Part shown: positions 10,301 to 22,214 of the stretch, in pieces
How positions within the stretch are numbered: the first letter of the stretch is position 1
Layout of the letters: each line of letters opens with the position of its first letter
Assembly (NCBI GenBank): GCA_044892525.1
Contig: CM097885.1
Location: forward strand, 25,298,001-25,362,000
Direction of reading: 5' to 3'
DNA: 64,000 bases
From: Schmidtea polychroa
Taxonomy: Eukaryota
Position numbers and translations under genes: made by a program
Notes under the pieces: model-generated
The model's input: only the letters and a program-made list of their open reading frames with translations
Databases searched by the model: none
What the model was told of the DNA's origin: nothing

Positions 10301-13300
10301 CAGCACCAACGTTGATCACTTAGCTGATATCAAGTGGTAGCCCACTATTGTATCCTGGGTTACGCTGGAAACATCTCGAAAAGGTAAAAAGTTGACTACC
10401 TGTAACCCACCACTTTATTCTAGCTAACAGAATTTAAGATAGCTTTTCTACAACCAACATACTTAATAGCCCTCTAATAATACCCATCACCTTTAAACCC
10501 TTCACAAAAACAACCACTATCTGAGACATAATTTAGCGTTTTATTGGAAATCTCAGTGTAACATATCTCGATAATATCACGATAATAATCACAATCTCGA
10601 TAATATTATATAATTAAAATTGAATACTATTTTTGGCATTTCTAATATATTGATACAATTTTAATTTAATATATTGTTTGCAAATAAATCTGTTAATACA
10701 ATAATTATTATATAATTCATTATTTATTTAGCTCCTAAATTTTAGCATATAATTAATGTTCCAAACAGGCCCGGATTTAAGGCGATTGGAGTGATTGAAA
10801 ATCCATTTAAATTGTTCAAATTTTTGGCGACGGTCAGGAATCCGGATTATTTTAATTAATTTAAAATCAATATTTAATCAATATTTAAACTAAAAAAATT
10901 CTTAACATAATTAGCCTACTTATGAACATGAACATATTTGAAATTATAGAAGTAATGAGCGATAGCAAAGAATCAATAATGTTTTTAATCAGAAAACAAG
11001 TTCTAAAGCAAAGCCTTGTTTGTACTTGCGGGCGTCCGACAAATCTCGTAAAAAGAAATGATTTAAAGGACGAATATGTTTACAAGTGCGTCAAACAATG
11101 CCGGTCAATTTCAATAAGAACTGGTTCTATATTATATAATTCGAATTTGCCACTTAAAACATTTTCTTTGTTGGTATATATGTGGCTCTTAGATATTCCG
11201 TCAAATCGAATCGAAATAATGTTAGGCATCTCAAAAGATACAATGGCAGAGTGGAATAAAAGATTCCACTCTGTTATTAAAATGGCCGGTGAAAGACTTA
11301 CGGATGAGGAAAAATGATTGGAGGAATTGGCTGTACAGTGGAGATTGATGAAACATTAATTTCTAAAAAACGAAAGTACAATAAAGGCCGAATTCAACCA
11401 GCGGTTTGGCTTTTTGGGGGAAAGGAAAGGGGCACAAATAAATGGTTTGGAGTTGTTGTAAAAAAAAGAAATAGAAGAACCCTTACGAGATTAATAACGC
11501 GCTTTATTAAACCTGGAACTGTTATAGTCAGTGATCAATGGTCTGGATACTGGGGACCAAGATTCAATCTGGCGCATTTGCCCGATCAAAATTATATTCA
11601 TCTTTCAATTAATCATAATTTATATTATGTAGATCCTGTGACCGGAATAAATACAAATCTTATTGAAGGACATTGGGGAAATTTAAAAACGGACTTGAGA
11701 AAAAAACGAGGGCTGTCATTTAGTAACAAGATGAATTACATAGCCTTTAGAATGTGGCTTTCGAGGGAAAATTTGGCGAATGGAAATATTTTCGATATTT
11801 TTTTGAATTTGGTTTCGAATTAAAATATTTAAATGGTTATTATTTTATTATTAATTAAATATTGATTTTAAATTAATTAAAATAATCCGGATTCCTGACC
11901 GTCGCCAAATTTTTATCGGGAAATGACAGAGCAACGGCATTTCCAAACTTGTTCATTGTTCTCAGAATATATTTAACAATTACAGCGTTGCTTCTGGAGG
12001 TAATTTTCCAAAAAAACTATTTGACATCGACAATGACTTGGTATAGATTAAATAGTTTAGCAATCATGTAGATTGAAAGTGAAGAAGCAAGGAAATTGAA
12101 TTTTCAAACTATTTTAGAAGAATTTACAGAACAAAACTTAGAAATATGTAAATTTATATTCAATAAAATGTAATTGTTTTTGTGTATTTTTATTTTTTAA
12201 CGTATGTAGAAGTTTACCTATCTTATGATTCATGAAATTTGATTTAAATATTTAATATATGCAGGGCTCCGCACTTATCGGGTTCATGCTTGGTTGCAAC
12301 CCGAAAACGATTGCTTTGTTAATATAAGTGAAATAATTACATGAAATAACCAATTATAATAGCGTGACACAAAGATATAGTATAAAAGCTTCGTTGTAAC
12401 ACGAAATCGAACATTAATCATTTTTAAAACCAATTAATAGTTTACATAGACAATAATAAACGCCAATAATCAATGCTTGCAAAAATAGCCAATTTTATCG
12501 ATTTGTTGTAAGTCGCCATTTAATCAATAGGCGTTATGAAATTGTAAGATAATTTAGTTTCTAACCAAAATCAATATAGTTTTGTTGTAAGCAAAAGTTG
12601 CTTAATAATTAATTTTTGAGCTTTTTATATTTTAAGGTTAATAAATAATTCATGTATTTATAAATAAAACTTATATACTCAAAATAACCATATTGTCTAA
12701 TTTGCCTGGGTGCGTTTCTTTATTTAATGATCGTTTACCAATCCAAATTGAATAAACCCCGTTTTTAATAGTATAACCGGTAACATGAACGCCACGCCTC
12801 ACGACTCCTAATATTCCCGTGGCAGATCTTTCCATATCAAACCAATAAGTCAAAAGATCTTCACTATATATTGCATAATTCTAAAAATTCAATCCAATTA
12901 TAATTTTATTTTATCATGAGTTAAAAACTCATAATAAATTAAAATTGAGGTTCAACATTTTAATAACATTAAAAAGAATACTTCATTTCTCCATTTTTTT
13001 AAGAACGGTAATACTCCCTTTTCTCTTATTTCTGAACATATTTTATTGACAGCTTCTGTTTTTTCAGCATGTGATTTTAATTCTTCATTCAAAATCACAG
13101 TTTTTTCATTATGATCTAATCTAAAAACATTTGAATATTCAGATATTGCTTGAAGCATATCTTTCCTAACACATCCTATTTGGCATTTATCAACTATAAA
13201 CTTATACGACTGAGACGAAATGTTGTCTAGCAATAATAAATCAATAGTAAATCAAACAATTAATATACTTGTAATAAAATTATTGGACTTATACAAAAGT

Positions 13301-13386
13301 GTTCTTAATTCAGGTATATTTAACCAATTCTAAAATTTAAATCATAATTAATAATACAATAAAGCAATATATAAATTTTATACCAT
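7397..13386 (-). CDS. Nudix hydrolase, NUDT20/YJR142W-like (DUF4743-type N-domain plus Nudix box), 8 exons, 296 aa
   Basis: Exons 13384-13386 (ATG), 13269-13329, 12982-13226, 12689-12880, 7811-7929, 7628-7760, 7488-7584, 7397-7437. All introns are GT-AG, phases are compatible, and the total is 891 nt. Motifs KWRNE, MERSATGILGV, GVHVTGY, WIGKRS..K.THPGKLDNMVGGG, Nudix box KECQEEAGV, NNDGEV and LDFYFRHG. First and last exons are least certain (alternative in-frame TAG at 7483-7485). Confidence 0.88.
9960..10400 (+). mobile_element. Possible degenerate 3' part of an RLE-type non-LTR retrotransposon (in Nudix intron 4)
   Basis: Locally GC-richer. PCFSCADKDASIQNL resembles a decayed CCHC knuckle, and QSKSDIF...YPLDTA resembles the RPD...D endonuclease motif. 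Weak. Confidence 0.3.
10922..11317 (+). CDS. Merlin transposase, N-terminal part (Zn-ribbon plus HTH)
   Basis: CTCG...YKCVKQC, SIRTGSILYNSNLPL and LGISKDTMAEW. Ends in TGA overlapping the next ORF (ATGA). Confidence 0.75.
   Translation: MNMNIFEIIEVMSDSKESIMFLIRKQVLKQSLVCTCGRPTNLVKRNDLKDEYVYKCVKQCRSISIRTGSILYNSNLPLKTFSLLVYMWLLDIPSNRIEIMLGISKDTMAEWNKRFHSVIKMAGERLTDEEK
11314..11823 (+). CDS. Merlin transposase catalytic DDE (ISXO2/IS1595) domain
   Basis: IGGIGCTVEIDET, KRKYNKGR, WLFGG, IKPGTVIVSDQWSGY, HLSINH and TNLIEGHW. Out of frame with the upstream part at an A5 run. Confidence 0.85.
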   Translation: MIGGIGCTVEIDETLISKKRKYNKGRIQPAVWLFGGKERGTNKWFGVVVKKRNRRTLTRLITRFIKPGTVIVSDQWSGYWGPRFNLAHLPDQNYIHLSINHNLYYVDPVTGINTNLIEGHWGNLKTDLRKKRGLSFSNKMNYIAFRMWLSRENLANGNIFDIFLNLVSN

Positions 13387-14237
13387 AAATAATGCAAGAG
13401 TTTATAATTATCAAAATTTAAAAATGGTTTCTAATTCCATGATTTAAACACAGACAATATTCTAAAATGGTGTTTGCTTATATAAAATTCGTTTTCCAAT
13501 ATTAGGAATATAATAAATTTATACTTCTTTTGTTTAATTTTGCTGTTTTAATTATTTTGTTTATTATTAGTTATTTTTTTTAGCTGAAAAAATTTTCAGC
13601 AGACTGAATAATTCTTTGAAAATATATAAAAGAAAAACAACTAGTAAGGAATTACTTAATTATGTTCATATTTATCTTTTGGTTTCTCCTTTGATTTTAT
13701 TTTTAATTTAATAAATTTTATATTAATATTTTTAAGACTACATACTTAATAAATGCTGTACCGAAATATCGTGTATCTTATATATTGTTTTGATCTATAG
13801 TCTTACAAATATTAATATGAAAATTATTGAATAAATTATTTTTCAATTATTTTAGTGAATTCATTGGTAAGTTTGCATCTCTAAAGATATGAAATATACT
13901 TTATGATATTTTTTTATACCATTTAAGTTATAATTGTGTCCAATCCAAATTTGTCAAGTGTTTTCTAATCTTTTGTAATATAATTTAACTGATTTAGTTT
14001 AATATAAATCAAACCAGAGTATCTTCTAACCAATAATCATAACTGTAAGAGACGCGCATTAGAGATAAACAAAGATATATTAATTAAATAATTGCACCAG
14101 GTTGATATTAAATTTCCTGAATACTTTATTAATAATACAACTTGAATGATATTCAATTTATTAGAGTTTATTATTTACAGCATTTCACACTTCCTATTCG
14201 CAAATTTTGTCTACCTTTTGAATTAGTTGCTAACTAT

Positions 14238-14839
14238 TGTTTGGTTAGAGGGAAATTATTTATTTCTATCAACCGCCTCCACACAAGCCGAAAATGATAA
14301 TCATATGACACACGTGCATGACAACATTGTTTCTATGCCAAATGAGTGGTTGTGAGCAAAGGGTAAAGTGGCTACTGAGATGGCCATTTATATAGTTTTG
14401 TCGTGCATGCCTTCGACCAATCAGGATCAGTCGTGTGTGTTTCAGATCGTATTTTGTTACTATTTTTTGATCTGAAATTCCAGTCATTTTGATTTTTCTA
14501 TTTCTTTATATTGTTTAAATTTATTGTTCTTATATTTTAATTTTTTTCATTTCTCTTTATTTTGATTGATCGAAGAATCGCCTTTAGATACTACTCTCAC
14601 TCTATGAATAAGAGAATATTTTTTGCTATTTTCTGTCTTTTCTAGGCGATTTATGTTATTTTATGTTTTAAAATGTGTTTCGTGTGTTAGTGCTCGCGTT
14701 TATCAATTTATTATTATTGTTTTATTTTTACTATTGCTTTACTTGGTGTTTTACGAATTAATTTAAGTATTCTTAGTGTTTTTTGGTGCTATGTATGTCA
14801 TCTCAGTTGCCTAATTACCTGCTAGATTAAATCAAAACA
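14238..14839. mobile_element. Possible solo LTR
   Basis: TGTTTGGTT...AATCAAAACA imperfect inverted termini, CCAATCAG box and T-rich body. No convincing TSD. Confidence 0.35.
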
Positions 14840-16479
14840 ATTTTAAAAGAGAAGATTGATTTCTAACCCAACACTATGATTTATATTATAATTTTCCTTT
14901 AAATGATTTTATTTTAATCATTTTTATATTTTATCGCCATGGCGAATTTGATTGTGTTTGGCTTGTCTTTTTTATTTAATTTCCTGTTGTATTTATTATT
15001 TTTGGAAATTATTTTATTTTCTATCTTTATCATGTATTTGTTGCGTATTTCCTTATTTTGTGTGTTATTTCGGTTTTTTCTCTTTCAGTTTGATTTGAGT
15101 AAATGCTTTTTTCTTGTTATGTATTAATGCTGAAATGAAACAAATTCATCTCATTTTCAGTTTTCGATGAACATTATTTATGACTTTGAAGTTTGATACC
15201 TTTTTTATTTTTATTTTTTAATTAATTTTGTCTTACGTCTACCATTTTTGCTTAAAATTGCAAAAATATATGCTGGAGTTACAGGTATGTCATACAAAAA
15301 AATTCAAGAGGTTAAAGGGTTAAATGCTACTGTGAAATATTAAATATTTTATGTAATATCATAAAAACTTCATTGTCCTCCAGGTGGTTAGAGAAATCTT
15401 TCATTTAAATTTGCAACATGACGAAAGTGGCATAGTTATTACAAAAAATTCAAGAATGTAATGAAAATATTTGCACTAATTTCAATGTTTATATGTGTAA
15501 CCATTTTCATAATTTTCAGAGATGAAAATAAATATTGTTACTATTTTATTTTATTGTATAATATATTATAATGTTTAATAAAAATGAATTTGAGTTTATT
15601 AATTGGTATCGCTAAAACGGCATGCAAGATAATTCATTGACCCATAGAATAGCTCATTACTATATTTTTTCCTTTGATTTAAATTATGTTTTTGTATACT
15701 TTTTATAATAAATGTTTTGACTTATACACTTGCACAGACAATTATTTCCTAATTACATATTTCATAAATATTTAAGTTAGGGTTGCCAACCTTTTATCAA
15801 TGTTGACTTGAGGAAAAATAGTTTTGTTTTTGTAGAAAGTGTGTGTGTGTGTAGGGAGATGTGTTAATAAAAAACATGTCTATTTACATTTGTAAAGTCA
15901 GTAATGTAGACTGTTTCAACTCTGATTCCATGTCACTTCGACCACTGTTCTAGATGGTCACGTGAATAATAGGTTTAGTTCCCGGCTTATATTGAAAACA
16001 TAAGCGTCTTTGTTCTCCAAAAACGTACCTCATCTGGTGACTCATTGCTTTTGTTCTCCAAAGTATGATTCATGTTCTTAGTTAAATGGACAATGAATTT
16101 TTGAAAATTTTAAAATGGCGAGGTGGTTGAGTTTGAGTCTGAGTTAGGTAGCTCGTTTCTATCTATTATATAGGAATATAAACCTTAGATTGGAAATCTT
16201 TTGTAGAACCAAAATAAATGATATTGGTACATTTTGTTTTAATTCTATTGAATCTATTATTTACAACTATTGCAAAGATTATTGTAAATATTTTAAGTTA
16301 GCGCTTAATTGAACATGTGACCTATGACGTATGATTGAACACGTAACACATTATAGATAGGTCATTTCTGCAGTGTTTATTAAATGAAAAATTTTCAACT
16401 TAAATTAGGTCCTTTTTACTACACTACAAAAATTAACTATCTTATTACTTTTAATTGATTCATTGTTGTTCCTTTAAAT

Positions 16480-17337
16480 CAGCGCTGTCCAACTTTTCTG
16501 TACATGTGTGCCAATTTTATCTTTTTGTAGGTTTGGCGGGCCATATGCTATAAATTTTAATTAAAAGTCATTTATAATTTTTTTTAGTATTTTATTAGTT
16601 CATAGTTCAAGAAAAAAAAGAAAAAAAATATTAACATAATATTTATTAATGTGGAAACTGCTTATTTATATGGGCAGCTACAAGAACTTTGATATTTATA
16701 TCAATTTTAGTTAAAGAAATTCTTAAAATTTCTTCTAGTGTTTTGTCGGTCATTGAATTTCTATATTTAGATTTGATATATTTCATGTCAGAAAATGCTC
16801 GTTCACAAATATATGTACTACCAAACATAGAAATTAATTTTAAGCCCAAATCTTATTGCATTTATTATTTTAATAATTGTACTCATCGTGCAACTTAATC
16901 CCATAATGTTTTCACATAAAGCTTGCTGGTGAATAATGCAATGCAACATTTGACAATTAATACCATTTTGTTTTAGCAGTCCAGCGAGTCCTATATTTTT
17001 CCCGACCATTGATTTTCCTCCATCAGTTACAATGGCAGTGCATTTTTCAAAACCACCATACATGCAAACAAAATTTTTGAGTTCCTCATAAATATCTACA
17101 CCTTTTGTTGTTGAATGTAGGGAAGCCAATTTCAGTAACTCCTCCGAAACATTAAAATCACCATCCACTGTTCGTACAAAAATCAGCATTTGGCTGGTAT
17201 GAGATATGTCGGTGCTTTCATCAAGCGCAATTGAAAAATATATACAATTTTTTACTATGTCGGCTAATTTTTCAACTAAGAAGGTGTCCATATTTAAGAT
17301 TCGTCTTGCAACGGTTTGGTGAGAAAGAGAAACTGAC

Positions 17338-17338
<1 letters not shown>
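16480..17338 (-). mobile_element. Deleted hAT transposon, Buster/Charlie (SPIN/GTF2IRD2-like) type
   Basis: FSIALDESTD, AIVTDGGKSMVG and LHCIIHQQALC are joined through an internal deletion (~16855) to C-terminal SMFGSTYICERAFSDMKYIKSKYRNSMTD. Terminal CAGCGCTGTCCAAC at 16480 with an nnnTAnnn-type flank (CTTTAAAT). 5' end is lost at an (ATT)n tract. Confidence 0.85.
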
Positions 17339-17403
<65 letters not shown>

Positions 17404-17404
<1 letters not shown>

Positions 17405-18120
17405 TAACGAAAAGCGTACCAAATCCAAAATATATATTTTACTACAATATATTTCGACAAAATCACTGTCATCTTCGGGTAGAATTGAAATCAAACTAAA
17501 TCAATATAAATTGCTCTTTTTTTAAACAAACTAATTAACTAATTCATTAATTTTTTTAAATTAATTTCGCTAAAAATTTTACAAAATTCTGTTTTTTTTA
17601 TTCAAACTTTAAAAATTATAAAAGTCTTAAAATTTTTAAAGCTTTTAAAACTCACAAAAGTTGAAATCAAACAAGATTCTAATAAATTTTCCACAAAATT
17701 GTGTTTACTAATATTAATCAATTGCTTCAGTCGATAGTGATCAGGAACTTGAAAACGGAGATGACGGACAGTCATTCCAATGTATGTGGCATTGCACCCA
17801 TGACATAAATATTCATAACCAAGATCCGAAAACCATCTAAGTAACAACTGAAATCCACTAATAAACACGAAATTCAAAATACAGGAATTAGATACCACCT
17901 TCCAACGTCGAAATGTAAGCCAAAACAAAAGACTGTTCTTGCTGATATAAATCAATTCCCTCAGTCGACAGTTATCCAGAACTTGAGAACGGAGATGACG
18001 GGGAGTCATTTCAATGTATGTTGACATATATATTCAAAACCAAGATCTGAACACCATCTAATCAAGAACCGAAATAGACCAACTTCACAATTTGTATCAT
18101 ACATATCCAATCCAATCACT
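17404..18120 (-). mobile_element. Penelope-like element remnant (duplicated GIY-YIG fragment plus 3' region)
   Basis: YEYLCHGCNATYIGMTVRHLRFQVPDH, with a second degenerate copy STYIEMTPRHLRSQVLD. Minimal hammerhead downstream. Bounded on both sides by (ATT)n. Confidence 0.75.
17442..17482 (-). ncRNA. Minimal type I hammerhead ribozyme motif (Penelope-associated, core-mutated)
   Basis: Minus strand reads CTAC-CCGAAGA-T-GACAG-tgatt-TTGTC-GAAA-TATATT-GTAG: stem I CTAC/GTAG, stem II GACAG/TTGTC, palindromic mini-stem III. Core is CCGA rather than CUGA. Confidence 0.6.
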
Positions 18121-18126
18121 GATAGA

Positions 18127-18241
<115 letters not shown>

Positions 18242-20522
18242 TTATTTTCACAATTAGATATTAGCATGTCATACATTCATTAAATTATATGTTTATATCA
18301 CAACAAATATATAAAATTCATAAACATCCCTGGTAAAAGTTCCCAACGACAATATCTTATTCTCATCGTCAAAGTGGGAATAACATGTCAAGATAATATC
18401 CCTAATATTATCATATAAATTATATAATAATTATTATTATTGATTTTATTATAATTTTACAGCTATTGATATGGTAATAAATAATTTATTGTTTAAAAAT
18501 ATTTTCGTTCCGTTATTGTCAACGCTTCCCCATCTATTTAATGACTAATATGTCAATTACAATAATGCATATCAGCTTATTAATTTCCCGCTTTTATGTT
18601 TAATAAAACAATAAAAGAGTTTCACCAACTGCGCAACTGAAACCAAACAATTCATCCGAAGCTTTTTTCTGTCCTAGTCAGAAATTTAACAAAACAGTTG
18701 TCGATTGTTCATTGGAATTTTTTTTTATTATTCATAAGTCTTTCGTTAATTTTGTTTTGTGTCATTTCGTTGAACGGTTGGAATAGAGATTACCATATTA
18801 TTGTTTTGATTACCGCATTACTCACTGGCTGGGAGAATTGTTGCCGGGTTTCAGTTAATGGGGAAATTCTTTTCGGTTATAAATTTCATTACTGCAATTT
18901 CCATGACAGAGAACTGTCGGTAGAGTTTATGGCATTATTCCATAATCCTCCGACAGATATTTTCGGGAACAAATTGCTGATGATGTACATAATTATGCCG
19001 GTTGGGCTGGAATTTTAATGTTGGACTCATTACAAAAGTCTAATGAAAAATATTTCTTGTATTGTTTATTAAATTTTTTATTTTTTCAGTTAAACATTAA
19101 TGAGATGATAAAAATTCTGCAAATAATTACAGTTTTATAGGAATCATTAATAAATGTTTATTTAATAAATTTGATTTTGGAATTAATTTGTCGATTGCAT
19201 TCGCGTTTCGACTGTAGGAAGTTTTTCAATATCAAAATCAAAATTCATTCAACAATTGACTGTTGCTAATACCGAATGGGAATTATTGAAGTTGTGGAAA
19301 TGCTCCTTGGAGATTTATAATTACGATGACCATACGTCCTTTGTTTGAACTTCACTCTGTGCATTTGGATGAAATTTACATACAATTTACAACTAAAACA
19401 ATTTGATGTTTGTATGTTTGTATGTGCCATGCAAATTTTGTAGGGCCAAATTAACCGTGATCGGAAATTTGGAAAAGTATATTCGTTGTTGAGAACACTG
19501 CATGTTATCAAAATTTCAGAATGGTTCCATCAAGAAAGTGGGTTAATATAAAAAATATTGATATGTCAAATCTTGTGTTATTTCCTTTTTTTACTATTTA
19601 CTATCTATTCATTGACTTCGGATTAAAGAGGTAACGTAATTATATCTAAAATATATTGAAATTAAGAAAACTAAAATATAGAGTTACATAAAACCCTGTT
19701 TTTTATGGTTGATTTTTATTTTACATTCAAAACACAAGTGTTCACCGTATTTTGCACATTAATTTTCGGATCCAATGATTTAATCAACAAAGCTTCACAA
19801 ATCATATATAACCATTAAAATTTTTCGATAACATTTTAAAATCAGACATTACTATTTTTCTCATATAATCTTTATTGTTCTCACTAATATTGGTAAATGT
19901 TTCCAGTCTATAATGATCACGAACTTGAATACAGAGATATAGTGAAGTCTCTCCAATGTATGTGGCGTAAATTAATATACTTATTAATACATTTATTGCA
20001 TACTTTACATGAATATAATTATTTATATAATTATTGCAATTTTATGGATATGAAAGTAGTTATTAGTTTAATTGACAATCTCTAAGTTGTATATTCTTAA
20101 GAAAATAAGTTCAATTTTACTTATTCCACCTATACATTATCCACAAACGGGCAACCATCAACCTGGGAATTTGGTTTACACCTTTATAATTAATTGAATA
20201 GAGTCTATTCAATAGACGATTTTTGTTTTAAATAATTAATCAATATATTTATACAATATATTTGTAAAACTTTACAAATATAAATTTATTTATTTAAATT
20301 TATTACTTTAAAAATTAAACGCTAAAGGTGATCGGATGCACTTGCAAACAGTTTCTGTGTATCGAATTTTTCTATCCAGAAGTGAATATGATTTTTCCAC
20401 TCCATGTTTGCAAGTTTACAGGTTTTCTGTAACCAAGCTAAAGAAAGCAAGCGATGTGATATTCAGTGTACCTGGGAAAATATGAAATAAAGTTGAATCA
20501 ACAATGTTGTATACTCACCTGG

Positions 20523-20566
20523 AATATTACTGATGAGAGCCAAAAGCTCAAAACTAGTCTATTATT
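20523..20566 (+). ncRNA. Minimal type I hammerhead ribozyme motif (G12 mutated)
   Basis: AATATTA-CTGATGA-GAGC-caaaa-GCTC-AAAAC-TA-GTC-TATTATT: intact CUGAUGA, 4-bp stem II, GUC cleavage triplet, 6/7-paired stem I. GAAA box reads AAAA. Confidence 0.6.
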
Positions 20567-22214
20567 GGGTATTACAATGTTTACTCTGTTTAAATTTTTT
20601 GTAAGTCATCGGACAAAAAAACATTATATGAAATAAGTTAGGTTTGTCGGTAAAACAATAAAATGTTATCTATCTGTCTGACTTTAGGCATGGTTTTTTT
20701 AACAATGACAAGCTTTAAATAATCATGCATTTACAATCTAGTTTTTACTTTACAGATTACAATCATACAGAATGATCAGATAATTTATCAGCTTTTATTA
20801 TTTCTTTGAAATTAAAGTCTCTAAGAATTTGTTATAAATTGTATAGCAATAAAGTTTTATTGAAAATTTAATGATTATAAATTCAGAAATCAATATTTAC
20901 TATGTTATCAAAACTAATGTCATAATGCCTAAAAATAAATAACAAAAAAATAAATAATTCCCAAAGTTTGGAAGCTGAATGGTAAACAGAAAATGAAGTT
21001 TTCCCCGTAATTTTATGAAATTCATTGACCTTTCATTAATCAGTTTTGTTTGTAATAATTCTGTCCACCGAAACTTGGATTTTACATTTGACGAGCAAAG
21101 AAATATTTTTTTTGGTTTAAATTCACCATGAAATCGGTAAGACAGCGTCAATTTCATTCTCGATTTCATCAAGAATGGGACGGGGATAAATTTTGGGCTG
21201 GTATGAGGAGATTCATCTCATTATTGAGGAAATAGTAAATGTCAAATGATTTTCGAAGTTGGATTGGTATTCTGTGAATGTCATTAATCAGCGTCGGGTC
21301 CGTGAATGCGAATTTCAAATCGCAACTTTCCAATACCCAAGTAAAATTAATGGGAGTGAAAATTAATTTCTTTTTTTTAGATTAATCACATTAATCTTGT
21401 GGATTTTAATTGTCTGGGAGATTATGAATTATATTCATTATTTACAGAATTAGGACGAAATTTAGTTTACTGAATTTGTGAATTTTAAGTAATTATTGTT
21501 TTAATGCTTTTTTGGTTAAGTAACCAAATCACAGCTGGGATATTATTGTATTTTTATTACAAATCACAATTCGTGATGTACATAACTATAAGCCCAAATG
21601 GGCGGCCTGCTCTCTGCACTCTTTAAAGATCGCACATTTTATGAGGTAGTAAGTCTCATCACAGGCATTGACTGAAACTAAAAAGTACATAGCTATATAG
21701 TAATTAATAAGAATTCACATACATCTGAATATGTTACATTTGACCACGACTTCCATTTTTATTAAAATACTTCCTTAACATTATATTTGCTTAAACAATT
21801 GACTTAGATAAAATTTAAATTGCCAAGGGGGGCAAAAAATAGGCGTTTATATATGTGAAATTCGAGCCTAAACAAGGTTAAAAATCTTGCAAGAAACATG
21901 TTGGCCACCAATGTTGGCAACCGTTACTACTATCTGAACAGAAAGTAATATTGGAGTTACCAAAGTACGAGAACGCGAAATAGTTGCTTTTTGCACGTTT
22001 GCTCAATTAAAAAAATTAATATTTTCTTTAATATCTCTGAATACGCTAAGGTTCTTTTTCCACAAAAGTTCACAAATTTCAATCACTAATTTTCCTCCCG
22101 CAAATATTACAATGGAATTGAGTTCTTTACGTATTTGTGAAGCTGCTTAGAGCAATTTTCTGTTTATTTATTAGGTTCATAAGCAGCAAATTTAGTTGAT
22201 TGCAATTCCTTACA

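Larger units (their letters stand above)
10826..11906 (+). mobile_element. Complete Merlin (IS1595/IS1016-related) DNA transposon, 1081 bp
   Basis: Perfect 53-bp TIRs GGCGACGGTCAGGAATCCGG... (10826-10878 and 11854-11906). 8-bp TSD AAATTTTT (10818-10825 and 11907-11914). Internal ISXO2-type transposase. Confidence 0.93.
10766..12170 (+). mobile_element. Internally deleted hAT element (Tip100/ZMYM1-like C-terminus), interrupted by Merlin
   Basis: Left end CAGGCCCGGATTTA at 10766. Removing Merlin and one TSD restores ENPFKLFKFLSGNDRATAFPNLFIVLRIYLTI, followed by frameshifted SVASGE and TSTMT..RLNSLAIM*IESEEARKLNF (hAT dimerization domain). Right TIR not found. Confidence 0.7.

Noticed and set aside
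13737..13800. KR...NKCCTEISC resembling an insulin A chain
   Set aside because: Wrong cysteine spacing, no terminal Cys, and no B chain or signal peptide found.
19195..19235. Hammerhead-like GAAACGCG half on the minus strand (similar at ~63245-63270)
   Set aside because: CUGANGA box is absent or too degenerate.
21642..21700. TGAGGTAGTA let-7-like seed
   Set aside because: No complementary 3' arm to form a pre-miRNA hairpin.
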